A DNA stretch of 64,000 bases, taken from assembly GCA_951406725.2 (NCBI GenBank), contig OX597825.1, positions 84,568,001 through 84,632,000 of the forward strand. The letters run 5' to 3'. Under the pieces are notes generated by a model. The model was not told where the DNA came from and searched no databases. It saw nothing but the letters and a program-made list of their open reading frames with translations. This document shows positions 44,001-58,961 of the stretch, in pieces. How positions within the stretch are numbered: position 1 is the stretch's first letter; every line of letters starts with the position of its first letter. The position numbers were made by a program, and so were the translations under genes. Source of the stretch: Octopus vulgaris. Lineage: Eukaryota.

Positions 44001-45056
44001 CCTCTATTCATAGGAGAAAGAGCAGTGTCCTTAGCGTTCTCACTGCCTTTTTGTTTAGTGAGAAAAAGCAAAGATCTGACCTAAAGACATACAGCATAGT
44101 GAATCCATGAAGACACTCTAGGGTCACGCGGTAAATTTAAACCAGGACACAAAGTAGGTTTAATCTTACCCAGTGAACAGTCAGACGAAGGCTGAACATG
44201 TTGCCACAGTTCTCACTTCCAGAGTCATTGTTTTTTTGCGTTTCTTTCATTTCTTTATATACAAAATTTACAGTAATAAAAGAAAAGAAATTCACTTAAA
44301 ACCTCTACACACGCCACTTTCTCACTCTCGTACCAATTACTGGAAAATACAACAAAACAACAACAACAACAACAACAGCAACAACAATAAAATAAGACTA
44401 TGGCTATGTCATACACAATTCAATCGATCTAGACTCAGCTTTAATTCAATAACCATAAGCTTTAACACGTTCTTACAAAAAAAATAAAGCTCTAATTTGA
44501 CGATCAATATATTCTTGAAATAAAATTTAGTGAAAGCATTCTTCATGCCACACACTTTCATCTTTCATTCTCCCATTTCTCTTCTCTCTCCATATTGCTC
44601 CTTCTTCTCTCTCTCATTCTCTTACACTCTGTTTCCCCCCTCTCTCTCTTATATATAATCTTATTGTAAGTTTCTATCTATTTCATTATCTCTGTATCCT
44701 ATCCACCTCTCCATGTTTAAATACATTTTCTCTCTTCCTTTCTTATTCTATATCTCTGGCTTTATCTTAGATTCCTCTGTAAGTCAAATTATTTATTTCT
44801 CTGTTCCTGTCTGTATGTCAGGTTGTCCGTCCGTCAGACTGTCCGTCTATGTGCGTGTCTGTCTGTCTACCCCTCTCTTTCTCTTTATATATCTATCTAT
44901 CTATATATATATATATAATAATACTAATATAAACCTTTACATAAATAAATAACGTGAAATACACGAAGGGACGAACATAAGAGACAGACGGGTGATTCAA
45001 AGGCTTCGTTCTTCAGTCAGAAACCGATTCCTCATCGCAGATTTCGGCTGTTTAAT

Positions 45057-45141
<85 letters not shown>

Positions 45142-45869
45142 ATCTATCTATCAATCTATCTATCTATCTATCTATCTATCTTCGTCCGTCTTTGTATCCA
45201 TACACAATGGTAGAATGTTTATTTGCATTCTGCCATTCTAGTGTTCAAGTACCGCCAATCATTTGGACTTTAAAAATAAGCTTATTAATTTGAAGACCGA
45301 TGAAAATGCAGAAGACTCGCAGAGTCTGAGAAGATACTACAGTAGCCGCATTTTAGAACATAACAGAAATATATGGCGCCAACAACGTTTTCAGGGTCTT
45401 CGTTACTATTTGCACGAAGATAGGAACTCATTCTTAGACTAGTGACCAGCTCTAAACGATAATAGAAGATCGGACACACACAAATAGCAATAATGAAGTC
45501 GCGGTCTTATAAGAAACAGTTGATTGAGTCGATCAGAAAACCACCCAGAGTGTAGAACAGACCCTTCCGCGGTTTTCTACACAATGTTTTTTTATACCAA
45601 TCCAATAAGAAATGCTTCGACCAACGCGAGGCAATGACGGAAAATATTCGCCCAACATAGAGAAAAGTGGATTTGAACACGAAGCCTCTTCCGCCGCATT
45701 ACACGTTATCAAATGTTTTGTTAGCTGACACTGCAGTTCTGAATTCGTGCTTTTCTGTAGGTTTGAACCATAAACGATATCTTACTCCAACATTTAATTC
45801 CATACGGCGTTGCTACTTCATACTGAAGTCTAAAATATAATGAAAGGCTTCTTGACTATCAAGAGAGAT

Positions 45870-45877
45870 ATAATAAT

Positions 45878-45963
<86 letters not shown>

Positions 45964-46014
45964 TGATTATGATGATGATAATAATAATAATAATAAATGA
46001 TGATGATGATGATG

Positions 46015-46094
<80 letters not shown>

Positions 46095-46167
46095 GATAAT
46101 AATAATAATGATGATGATTATGATGATGATAATAATAATAATAATAATGATGATGATGATGATGATG

Positions 46168-46258
<91 letters not shown>

Positions 46259-46285
46259 TAACATTATATATTCTTATAATAATGA
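45870..46285. repeat. Compound (AAT)n/(GAT)n microsatellite
   Basis: Directly visible. Confidence 0.95.
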
Positions 46286-47195
46286 TGACTCTTTAAATCG
46301 CTAGATTCATTATTGTCACTCAACATCTAATTCATTTAAGATGTCTACTTCCACACATTAGACAATAATCCCTCATTTAATATTTCGTATTCTATTATTT
46401 ATCACATACTTAACATAACTGAAATCTTTTACATCGAAAGCTTTATTTACTTTTCCTCCTGTTCCGATAGAATAAAAAGAATAAAGCGGAAACCTCACAA
46501 TTTGTAAATGGAATTAAAGACGAAAACCACTCGGGAATTAGGGGACATTATTAATGAGGAATCTCGTACAATTGATTCTAAACACCCTGTAATTCTGCGA
46601 CACGAGAATATTCAATGAAACTAATTTAATTATTAATACAATTTTGATTTTAAAAAAGGGGATTACTTGAAGAATTAGCGAAATTACAATACTTAAATAT
46701 CATCTTTGGACATTGTTGCGTTGTTTGTTTATTTTTGAGAGAATTCCATAAAGGGGGAGACATTCAAAGATTCTAAAAGACTAAGAATTAGAGTTGGATC
46801 ACTTGAGAATTTATACAAGATTCTGTGAAAGAAAAGATGTCTGTATTTTGGTTGGAATTAATAACGATTTCATCACAATTTTTTTTTATTTCCCATTATA
46901 TTATTGTGTGTGACGCTTATGTGAATCTAAGAACCGTATGTGGTTAAAAATTCACATAGAGAAAGGCTTGGACTTCATTCTCATTGAGTGATATTTTGGG
47001 CAGGTGGCTTCTGTTGGAGCTGCGAATCGACCAGTGCCTTGTGGCTGAACTTGATATATATATACGTACGCACACACACACGCATACACTCATATATAGT
47101 TGGAATTTACAAAAGAATAAACAAAACAAAAGACGAAGGTTGGTGTGTAAACAATAGACAGATGTATTATTTTAATTCTCGCGAAGTGAGAAAGT

Positions 47196-47231
47196 CTTTT
47201 AGGTTTCGAGCCTACGCTCTTCAACAGAAAG
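47196..47231 (-). ncRNA. Variant minimal hammerhead-like motif
   Basis: Minus strand cttt-CTGTTGA-a-GAGC gtag GCTC-GAAACCTA-aaag; same architecture as 36272. Confidence 0.5.
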
Positions 47232-47334
47232 GATCACAGAAATAAACAGAGAGAGAAAAATAAAAATAAATATATATATACACAGATACACACACACAAA
47301 CACATATCTTTGTGCTTTTGTGTGTATGTGCGTA

Positions 47335-47531
47335 TATTTGTGCCTGTGTCTGCCCCCAAACAATGCTTGGTGTGTTTACGTTCCTGTAAATTAGCGATTC
47401 AGCAAAAGGGACGGATATAATAATGTACGAGTCTTAAAAAAAGCTATACTGCTGTCGATTCCTTCGACTAAAAGTCTTCATGGTGGTGTCCCAGCATGGC
47501 CGCAGTCTAATGCGTGCAACAAGTAAAAGAT
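47335..47531 (+). mobile_element. SINE family B, degenerate 3' half
   Basis: GGTGTGTTTACG..TTCGACTAAA..CAGCATGGCCGCAGTC..AACAAGTAAAAGA. Confidence 0.6.
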
Positions 47532-47912
47532 ATCAGCTGATTAAACACTGCAGTGTGTTGTCGTTTGTGTCAAGACAACAGTTGCAATGCCTGGGGTGGA
47601 GTTGCTTCTACACAGTGATGATGCAGAGAAAGAGAGATGGAGAGAGAGAAGGGGAGAGAGACAGACAGAGTAAGTGAGAGAGAGAGGTGGACGGGGGAGA
47701 GGGGTAGAAGGAGCTTTAGATGGTAAGAAGATGAGAAGAAAAGCCAGAAATGTTTCAAGTGTGCAAATAGAAATGATAAGCAATTAAGTCGTGAGAGAAA
47801 GAAGAAAAACAACTTCGGAAATTGGATTAGATTAAGAAACGTTTCGTATGATATTTTCTCAATATACGTACGGCGCTGATGTGAAATGGGGAATGACGTC
47901 ATTCAGACAGAG

Positions 47913-48191
47913 GCGATGATGATGATGATGATGTTGACGACGATGATAACGACGCTAATGATGAAGACGATGATGATGATGACGACGATGATAATGACGA
48001 TGATGATGATAATGATGATGATAATGACGATGATGATGATAATGATGATGAGGATGACGATGATGATGAATATGATGATGAAGATGATGATGATGAGGAA
48101 GATGATGATGGATGATGATGATGATGATAATTATGACGACGACGATGACGATGATAACTATCAATGACGATAATGATGACGATGATGATGG

Positions 48192-48249
<58 letters not shown>

Positions 48250-48430
48250 GATGACCACGACGACGATGATGACTATCAATGATGAGAATAACGACGATGA
48301 ATCTGGTAATGATGATGATGATAATGACGATGTTGAGGAGGAGGAGGTGGAGGATGAAGGGTACGTCTTTTATTATGATCACTACAGTGCTGGTAATGAC
48401 GATGGTTCTGATGACAAGGTTGGTGATGGT
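47913..48430. repeat. Degenerate (GAT/GAC)n microsatellite
   Basis: Directly visible. Confidence 0.9.
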
Positions 48431-48849
48431 CAAAAGGCAGGAGATTGATTCTACGAAGTCTAGAAAAACAAAAAGTTCTATTGTTTAGCATCAAAGAACA
48501 GTAGATGTCAAGAAACAATGGGCAAATTCGTTAAAGAAACTAAATTCGGAAACGGCGGAGTGTGTATATGTGTGGTGGGGAGACGGGGTTATGATTTGTG
48601 ATGGAAGAAAATGTTTTATTATATAAAAATGGCTTAAGTAGATGTTTCTTCTTTGTCAAAGAAACATTCTCTTTCAATTTCGAGGTTTTAATATAGACGT
48701 TCTAGTAAAACAACGAATTATGGCTTAGATAATGCTCGTCTGTAGAAATTGCTACATTTTATGTAGATAAATATACATGGTAAGACACATGTATATGTAA
48801 GCGTGTGTATATGTTTATATATATATATTCTTTATAACATATATATATC

Positions 48850-49447
48850 TTGCTTCCAAATCACATGATTCCGTGTTCAGTCTCACTGCGTGGAACCTGG
48901 GCGAGTGTTTTTTTACTATAGCCTCTGGCCGACCAAACCCTTGTGAATGTATATATGTACTAGGCTTAGAAAGTATAAGTCCTGGGGTTGATTTGTTCGA
49001 CTAAAGGCGGTCCTCGAGCATGGCCGCAGTCAAATGAATGAAACAAGTAAAAGAATTAAAGAATAAAAGAATACATCTTTTAGTTATTTCAGTCGCTGGA
49101 ATGCTGCCATGCTGGAGCACGGCTTTGAAGTATTCTAGTCTTCTTTAAATCTTGGTAGCTTTGCTATCCGTCGCTTTTGCCGAACCACTAAGATAACACT
49201 ACGTAAACACAACAGCACCTGTTGTCAAGTACTGGTGGGAGACAAACACAAATTCAAACACACACACACACTCACACACATATGTATGGCAGGCTTCTTT
49301 CAGTTTCCGTCTACGAAATCCATTCACAAGACTTTAGTCTGCCTGATGTTATAGTAGAAAACATTTGCTCAAGGCGCCACGCAATGGGACCGAACACGGA
49401 ACCATGTGGTTGGGAAGCAAGTTTCTTACCACACAACTACGCCTGCC
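48850..49447. mobile_element. Two SINE family B copies tail-to-tail (48850-49072 +, 49080-49447 -)
   Basis: Homology to 5503 copy on both strands. Confidence 0.7.
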
Positions 49448-51143
49448 CCTATGATATACACAGATAAATACTAGAATAGGATGTAATTTCAATTGCGCTT
49501 AAATATTACAGTTTATTAACCGATATTTTATAGTTTATATTTTGCTTTGTATAGTCCCGTATACAAATTAATATACAGACAGGAAACAAGAGCGTTGGAT
49601 AAAATGCTTTACAATATTTATACCGGATGTTTATATTCTCAATTCAAACCCCACCGATGTCAGCTCTGTCTCCCATCCAGCTTAAAATTCTGTTTAAATA
49701 CTTGGGTTGGTGCAATCGATTAAACCCTTCTTCAAAAAGATACTGGACAATTTAGTATGGACATATTAAATTTATGGTAGAATCCTCTAATTTCATTTAG
49801 TTGTCCACTATTTTCCAAAGCGATTCGTCGTTGTCGCTTTTATATGAAACACTTATCTGGAAGCAAACAAGATTTATTCTCCAATCGCTTTGACTTAACA
49901 ATGACTAATTGGATTAGACAACTTCTGAAAATATCAGAGACAACATATTTTAAAAGTTTTATTCCATTCTCCTTCAGGAAATCATTGCATTGAAACCCGC
50001 AGTTCGGCTTTGCTTACACACATCGATAGCGAATTATCCGGTTCAAATATCGTCACGTGTTACTACTTGTGACGTACAAGCAATTCTACTGGTTTGTCTT
50101 GACTGTCCCCAAATACGGTTACGGTCAGGAAAATCTTAAAAATTTAAACCTTTAATAAGGGAAATGCTCATCCGACAATACATTGTGCTCATCGTTGAAA
50201 GAAATAATACCGTTTAACATATAGGGCTTCATAACAAAGCGACTCTTTATAAAAAGTTAATACAGGCCTTAATTGCATAACAAACAGACTTCTACAGTAT
50301 ATATATATATATACATATATGTAAGTGCATTTGATTAAACTGACAATTTCCAAGGTGTGCAAGTATCCCCTTGCCACGCCCCGGGAATAGGCCGCAAGTT
50401 AGAGCTGATGAAACTTGGCCTTTAAGTGTCGTCAATGGTGCTGCTTTTGAGAAGACACAAAGTAAGAATATGTACCACAAAGAATCTCATCCAATCGGTG
50501 AGTAGTTTCACCAATCAACCACCCTCGATTCTTGTTTATCTTTTATCGATGTGGAAAATGTGAAAGGCAAGTTGACCCTGTTGGGATTCGAAATCGAAAA
50601 CTCTCGGCACTTGAGTTCCTTATTTAGCTTCACAGCCAAGACAAAGCGTTCTATACATAAGTATACGTCACGAATATTTACATCAAAGAACAAACGCAAA
50701 ACATAACATACACGTATCTACATAATACGCACACATCTATCCACGAATACACACACATACACACATTTATGTATATACACATATGTATATATGTAGTCTC
50801 ACGTTGACATATATACACAGGGTTCGATGCACGCATGTGTTTATGCAGTCTTTCAATACAATAAAATCATATTAATATTTTTTCTAAACAATTCAAATTA
50901 TTTTTGCAAGGGAGTTCGTGCCATTTTTTCATCCTTCGACACCCTCATACTACAGTCAGAGAGATTCATCGATCTCTCAGGTTACATATTTGTCCTTTCT
51001 CTCCTCCTCACCTATCAATCCTATTTCATTTCCTATTTCTCCTCTCTACCCACGTTTTCGTCTTCATTTTTCTTGGTTTTGTATCGATTACTCGACTCAA
51101 ATCATGAATTGAAACGATACGAATGCCATCACGTTCCCTTCAA

Positions 51144-51180
<37 letters not shown>

Positions 51181-51363
51181 TTCTCTCTCCCTGTTTCTTC
51201 TTCATGTTATCTGTCTTTCTCTCTAGTTAGCTATCCAATCCTTTTTCTCTTTCACTTCTTATTTTTCAGAACGATACCCAAAACGTATATTCATAAACAA
51301 TTTTATGATAGATATGAAGACATCACGAAATTTCGGGCTCCATTCATTCATTTAATTATTAGA

Positions 51364-51613
<250 letters not shown>

Positions 51614-53319
51614 ATTTACTGGATAATTTAAAAACAAAATTAATTTACTTTTAATATTCTATGATCAACTGTGCGGATATAAAAATAAAATAACTGTATC
51701 ACAAGATGTTATTCCCAGGAATAATAAATCGATTTCTTTACTTCTTATATATATATACATACATACGTCCATATACACATACGTGCATGCATACATACAT
51801 GCATGCACACATACATACATGTATACATACATACATATATACACATACATATACATATATACATATATTTTTATATACATTTAAAAAAAACATATTTATA
51901 TATTTCATCTTATTTTAGAATAATGGATTATGGTTTTGGGAGGAATCGACCATAAAAAATAATGTTCTAACACCGAAACTGTATATTGTATTTTCATCGA
52001 TATTGATGTTGTGATTTTCTTTTTCTGTTTTTTTTTTTGTTATTGTTATTGTTATTGTTGTTGGTGTGCTTAGTAAGCATTAAATTAAAGAGAGAAAAAG
52101 GAGAAAAAAGAAGACGCATCTCTCCCTTAGTATTATTGAATAACAATAGAAATAATTCTGTGAGATCAGACGCGTGGTGCCTATCACACGAACTTTTTAA
52201 GTGTTTTATGATTATTTAAATATCGCCTCAGCATTTTATTCTGCTAGTTGGGAATATTTTAGCTTCATTTTCCAATAGTCTGGATTCAGATGTTTTCCAA
52301 AACGTTACTTTTGGGCATTCTACGTTATGATTATATATATTTTTTATTACGCTGCCATATTTTTTTTGTTTTTATGTGCGTAATATTGTTTTCAACCGTT
52401 TCAATTTTCTTCACCTCATAATATCTGTGAGTGATGAGCAACAAACTTATATAATGTTGGGGACAGGGAACCAATAACATTTGCTTTAAGTCTTGGACCA
52501 ATAACCATGAAAGAAAAGAAACGAGAAAAAAAATTATGCTTAGTTAATTACTTTTAATACTATCAAAGAAAAGCGGCAATCACCTCCTACGAGACAAGCT
52601 TCGATGCAGTCATATATCTATCTTCCACGGTATATCAGAAAAATGTTTTCAGTATGGATTTGGTCTTTTATGAATGATATGTACGCCTACCATTTCTCTC
52701 CTTCTATCTCTCTGTACACACATAAACACACACCCACTGTCTCTCACACACACATATATATTTACACACTTTTGTGCGCATATGTACGCGTGTGCATACT
52801 TATAGACACACACACACAGACACATATATATATATATATACGTAGTTATATTGTCTTAAACTGAAATGTCTAAAACTTTAATCTAAAGTCTTTACACTAT
52901 TTATCAAAAATAGCTATACGTTTGAGTGTATATATATATATATATATGCGTGTATATATATATGTATACAAATTTAATGTATAATATATGAGCTTATCTA
53001 ATCTGGGGTAACTCACAAAAAGTTCCCTTAGTGGACAAGCCTACAAAGCACATAGTAATCAATACATAGGGGTGTATTGTATGGTTCAAATCACTAAATC
53101 CAATGAGTATATTTTTCATGTGTATATTGGAGTTGAAGAATTGATTTAACCATGATCTTCTGTGGACCTGAAGGGCTAGCCTTCAATACCTGTATTAGCT
53201 TATAAAATCTATATTATTAAGATATAATTTATAGGCATTTGAAATTGCTTACAGAATATTAAGTCACGATCAACACACTTTTTCTTCTTTTCTTATTGTC
53301 TTATTTCTTATTTTCTAGA

Positions 53320-54038
53320 TAGCCGGTCGCTTGACTGTTCAAGAGCGAGCTAAGGGAGAAGCCCAATATGAAGTTTGGAATTCTATTGTTTTGGTTCAGA
53401 GATGGTGGCATGCAACACTACGTGCGGAGACAATAAAATGTTGTCATGCAAAGGTCATCACCACGGGCTCTGTAAATGATTCTATTCAACCATATCCCGA
53501 TCAGCGGAGAACGTGGCAACAGTTCAGGCAATGTTTAATCGCAGCCAGAAATAATCAACACATCGAGCAGCTCGTGAAAGAGGACTAACAAGACACACAA
53601 TACGTACTTTGTTGCATAAGGAATTTAATGTTCGTCCGTAGACCCCACATTACGTGCAGGAGCTACAACCTGAAGACTGTGACCGCAGAAGTACAGATGT
53701 CCTGAACTCCAAGAAGTTCAGATCTCAGTCCATGTTATTTTTACCTGTGGGGTTACACGAACGAGGAAGTGTAGAAGACAAAACCTCGCACGCAGGAGGA
53801 CATCGAGACACGGATTCAGGACGCTCTGAATGATATCCCAGACGACGTTCTTCACAAGGTTGTTCATTGTATTCCTGGCCGTTTGAGGAACCTAGTTGAC
53901 ACCAGCGGTCAATGTGAAGATTTACTTTCATTTTCCCATGTAATAAGGAACACGTATCATTTATTTCAATAAATTTGTAAAAGGAATAAGTATTTTAGAG
54001 CAAATTTTAATGGTTACTTACTTTTCATCCAGCCTGTA
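53320..54038 (+). mobile_element. Degenerate, internally deleted Tc1/mariner-superfamily transposon
   Basis: Fragmented reading TVQERA..SIVLVQRWW..TTGSVND; PHYVQELQPEDCDRR; a frameshifted SSDLSPC..YLWG stretch resembling the SPDLxPxDFxLWG motif; right TIR-like ..CTTTTCATCCAGCCTG followed by TA; left TIR not found. Confidence 0.65.
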
Positions 54039-54213
54039 TACTAGTCTAAACATGTAAAATAATTTATTATAAGCTAAGATAAATTATTTTTCATGATGTA
54101 GGCTGCGAAATGATGATAATTTTATGGTAAAATAGATATATTCCTCTCATACCACCTGACTTTCTTTATACACACACATTCCGTGTGTATGTGTATGCGT
54201 ATGTATGTATATG

Positions 54214-54259
<46 letters not shown>

Positions 54260-54290
54260 CATATATATATACATACATATATATATATGT

Positions 54291-54342
<52 letters not shown>

Positions 54343-54569
54343 CACAGAGAGAGAGGTTATGAGAGGTAATGGTGTCAATGAGACCCAAACGTGTCAGGTA
54401 ATCCTGAATAAGTGCTACAGATGGACCGCAGGTAAGTTACAGGTTCGGTGATTATGCGAATAAGGGGTTCAACGTTGGTCATATGTCAGCGTGGGTATAT
54501 AAAAATTATTTCATAATGAGATAAAAAAAAAACAAGGCTATGTAGATTTTAGAACATTTATAGACAGAA

Positions 54570-54618
54570 GGTCTTACAGCTGTTTCCAGGATATTTATTA
54601 TATCCCTTCATCAGAAAC
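54570..54618 (-). ncRNA. Minimal hammerhead ribozyme
   Basis: Minus strand gttt-CTGATGA-agGGATAT aataa ATATCCtg-GAAA-CAGCTG-TA-agac. Confidence 0.75.
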
Positions 54619-55298
54619 GGTGTGAGAGGATGGTTAAGAAATAGTTAATTTAGATAAGATATAAAATAGAGAGTGAGGTGGAGGAAAGAAAATAGATGTG
54701 AGATATGCAGGGATATTGCATTTCTAGATCCATATATTTTAGGCAGAATGGTATGCATATAATATTCCAATACCTTATTGAGTAAAATCCAATAGAATTT
54801 AAAATTGTTCATTCCAAGTATAGAGTTTATACGCAGTGTTATTGAATCCGGGGTTGTGATTAAAGTGACCTTTTAGGCAGAATGGTATACATATAATAAT
54901 CCAAAACCTTATGAATAAAATCCAGTAGAATTTAAAATTGGTCATTCCAAGGATAGAATGTTATTGAATCCAGAGTTGTGATTAAAGTGACCTAAATATA
55001 GGGAGTCTATTTGTAGGGTGAAATCGAAAACAGGAATAGAAGAATGGAGAAAGAGAAAAACAAAAGAAAAAAATAGAAAAAAGAGGGAATAAGGGGAAGA
55101 GAGTAAGGAGAAAAATATTAAAATAACAATAAAACATAAAAAACAAGAAGAGAGGAATAAAGGAAAGAAAGAAGAAATATGGATCTACAAATGCAATATC
55201 CCTACATATCTCACATCTATTTTCTTTTCTTTCCTCCACCTCACTCTCTATTTCATATCCAATCAAAATTAACTATTTCTTAACTATTCTCTCACACT

Positions 55299-55346
55299 GT
55301 CTCCGATGAAGGAATATAATAAATATCCTGGAAACAGGTGTAAAAC
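55299..55346 (+). ncRNA. Degenerate hammerhead motif (CCGATGA core)
   Basis: Inverted partner of 54570-54618; mutated core and CAGGTG loop. Confidence 0.55.
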
Positions 55347-55407
55347 CTTCTATCTATGAATGTTCTAAAATCTACACAGTCTTGTTTTTTTAACTCATTA
55401 CGAAATA

Positions 55408-55445
<38 letters not shown>

Positions 55446-55477
55446 GCATATATACACATTCCGCGGGCGCGTGCGTG

Positions 55478-55517
<40 letters not shown>

Positions 55518-55533
55518 AGCACACATCCCGTGT

Positions 55534-55564
<31 letters not shown>

Positions 55565-56157
55565 CGTGCGTGTGTGTGATGAGTGAAGAGAATGGTCACG
55601 GGTGTATGTGCAAATAAACGGAAAATGTATTCGATACAGGGAGAAAAGTAAATTAATATTATTAGCTGCATCAGGCCTCTGCAACCACGCAATGGTGCGG
55701 TATATTTCTGACTGGGATACATCAACGTTTTCGAGAAAAATAAATCCGAGCAAGGCATGTTGTTGTCTTTCTTGTTTCAGTCAGTAGGACGGCAGCCATG
55801 CTGGAACAGAAGACGACGACGATGACGACGATGAGGATGATGATGATGAGGATGATGATGATTATGATGACGATGATGATGATGATGGTGACTGATGATG
55901 CAACCATTTTTTAAAACTACATAAAACTATTGACCTTCTAATATATATGTTAGATTGTAATGTATATGATGTATGCATGCAATTATATGCACATACACAC
56001 ACATTCACACACATTCACACATGCACACACGTATATATATATATATACATATATGTCTTGTTGTATATATATAAAGTGTGTATGTGTACATATACATGCA
56101 CTTATAGAAATACATATATGTGCATATGCATACAAACAGACGCACACACCAGCACAG

Positions 56158-56235
<78 letters not shown>

Positions 56236-57124
56236 GGTACGTTTATATAAAACAAACAGAAACATATTATAGAATAGAATTTTTTAAAGAATCAATGCCG
56301 TTCTTTATCACTCAGCGTATCGCTGGTGCAAACACTTTTAACCTCGCTGAGTGTCTTAAAAATTGACAAAATTCCAAATAGAGAAAATATGAATGTAAAT
56401 AAAGAAAATATGTAATTGTATATTGATGTGCTTACCAAAATGATTTTCCGAACCATATTAGACACGAAAATTAGAAACAATATAAAGCATATAAAAACGT
56501 AGTTTTTAGCTCCGCCATTGCATATATTGCCTCTACCATTTTGAAATGTAATATACGATTGAAAGAAGAGAAACCATGAGATGTCAGTTTATTTATCTAT
56601 CTCATTTATCATTCTGCTTGTAAATAACAATTGTATTTCTGACGTTGAACGTGAAGCTAGTGAAACGTTATGGCTGAGCTGAACAAATACGAAATTAGCC
56701 TCTTCAGTCATGGAGGTCAAAAGTTTGTTTCCACCACGTAGTCAAATGCATTTGTCTGAATCTGTTGATCTGATGTCACCTGCCAATTATTCTCTGTTTG
56801 TTTACAACTTTGTAAATGATCTGTTATGTTATTACTGCAATATTATTAAGCCAGAAACAAACACTAATTATTTTTACTGATATCGCTTTCACACAAACTT
56901 TGATTTGAACTTTATTATTTGAAATTATAAACTATTTCTGTCTGATTTTCCATAGGTTCTGTTTTCCATTGTTAGCTCCACATAGTTGGTACCAAGTCCC
57001 CGCTGAACCCGGTTTCTTATCCTTAAAATATCTGGTCCACTTGTGATACTAATACCTAGAGTCTGCATAAATGCCAAACGTCCTGAGTTCCTAAACTAAA
57101 TGTCAACATTATTTCATTGTAGAA

Positions 57125-57315
57125 GACAGCAAACTCGTATAATCGTTAGCGTATTTCGTCCTTCATATCGTTCTGGGTTCAATTCGCTGAGATGGATTTT
57201 GCCTTTTATCCTTTCAGGGTCGATAAAATAAATACCATTTGTACAAGGTTGGTCGATGTAATCGACTTATCCCCTACATCAATATTGCTGGCTTTGTGCC
57301 AAAATTTGAAATCAC
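57125..57315 (+). mobile_element. SINE family A (degenerate)
   Basis: TTTGCCTTTTATCCTTTCAGGGTCGATAAAATAA core, alternative tail. Confidence 0.65.
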
Positions 57316-57374
57316 TATTATTTCATTGTACATTGATAACTATCTCCGATTATCATATCCCAAATAATTATTTC

Positions 57375-57577
57375 TTCTTTGGCACAAGGCCTTGAAAAGT
57401 TTGGGGGAAGGGGGCTAGTCGATTACATCGACCCCAGTGCGTGACTGGCACTTATGTCATCAATCCCGAAGGGATGAAGGACAAAGGCGACCTCGGCGGA
57501 ATTTGAACTCAGAATGTAGCGACGAAATATCGCTAGGCATTTTCTCCGGTGTGCTAACGATTCTGCCAGATCACCTC
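57375..57577 (-). mobile_element. SINE family A
   Basis: Reverse complement homology to 13913 copy. Confidence 0.72.
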
Positions 57578-57854
57578 CTCCATCGTATCCCAAATAATAA
57601 TAATCGACTCAATTTATCGCCTAAAGTCGTTATGTCTGTCACCATTTGGTAACTGTGTTTGCTTTTCTATGTATTTCTCTTAGTCATTCCCTCGCGCTTT
57701 AGAGCCAAGGTGTCGCTTATACCACATCATTAGACTTTGTTCCATCTGTAGTTGATTCAAATTATTTCCCTTAGTGTTACATCATAACACAAATATGTTT
57801 CAGGAAGTCAAGAATACAGTCTCAAATCTGTTTTTCAAGCAAAATATTTTGTTG

Positions 57855-58082
57855 GGGTGGGGAGCTGGCAGATTGGTTAGCCCGCCGGGCGTAATGCTTA
57901 GCGGTATTTCGTCTGCCGTTACGTTCTGAATTCAAATTCTGTTGCGGTCGAGTTTGCCTTTCAAACTTTCGGGGTCGAGTAAATAAGTACCAGTTACTCA
58001 CAGGGGTCGATGTAATCGACTTAATCCCTTTGTCTGTTCTTGTTTGTCCCCTCTATGCTTAGCACCCTGTGGGCAAAAAAAA
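57855..58082 (+). mobile_element. SINE family A
   Basis: Colinear with 13673 copy. Confidence 0.8.
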
Positions 58083-58961
58083 AATAATTATAATGTTTTG
58101 TCTTCTCGAAATATTGAAATTGTTTATTTATTAAATAAAGTTTTAGATTAACACAGAAATTAGACCGTCGGTCAATCATCCAACGCTTAATGACGTCGAA
58201 GAGATAATTATTTGTCGAAAGAAGGCCAAATTACTGGCTAGGTTAGGCGACATATTTGCACCCTTTGTGGAATCGATTCGAGATAATTATTTTATCCTTA
58301 TCTCAGACAAGACAAAACTCTCTTGGGGGAATTCAAGTTCCAAATATAAAGGGTTAAAACTAAGTATTGCTACTCAGTGTTCTATAAACGGTATCAGCCT
58401 ATCATCTTTAATATTTTCAGACATATTAAGTACCTTGTTAATAAAACCAGTCTATCATATTTAACGTAGGAGAGAACATACGAAGCCATATTCTTAATCC
58501 AATTAATGAGATACGGTAAGAGATATTAATTTTTCGAATACCGATTTCATGCTGCTTAGGCTTTTGGCAATATTCTCTGTGTGTCAAAAAAAAAAAAAAC
58601 CTTTTCGAATCCTTCCTTCTCTACGCGATTTGATGGCGGCGAATGACTCATAACAAAATCCTTTAATATATAGTTATTTCTGCAGGGACTTTCGTCACAT
58701 ATAATAAATCAGATGGGTTCTTGTTGCACTCCTCGGGATATTTTTTTTATATAAGACACCATCTTGCCTGCTGTTGTCCCGAGGCAAATTTTCAGAGAGG
58801 GAGAAGGAAATTATCGACATCAATACATGATAGATATGATAGATAGGATATTTACACTTCCGAAGTAGAACTCGACGGGATTTCAACTTAGAACGTTGAA
58901 ATAAATATTGCTCAGAACACATTCTATCGCGCAACGAATTTACTGCGGTTCGATTATTCGA

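Larger units (their letters stand above)
54497..55415. mobile_element. Short inverted-repeat cassette of HHR-bearing pLTR-like sequence (probable truncated PLE)
   Basis: 54497-54734 is a diverged reverse complement of 55177-55415; both arms carry HHR motifs; internal ~130 bp tandem duplication 54737-54992. Confidence 0.75.
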
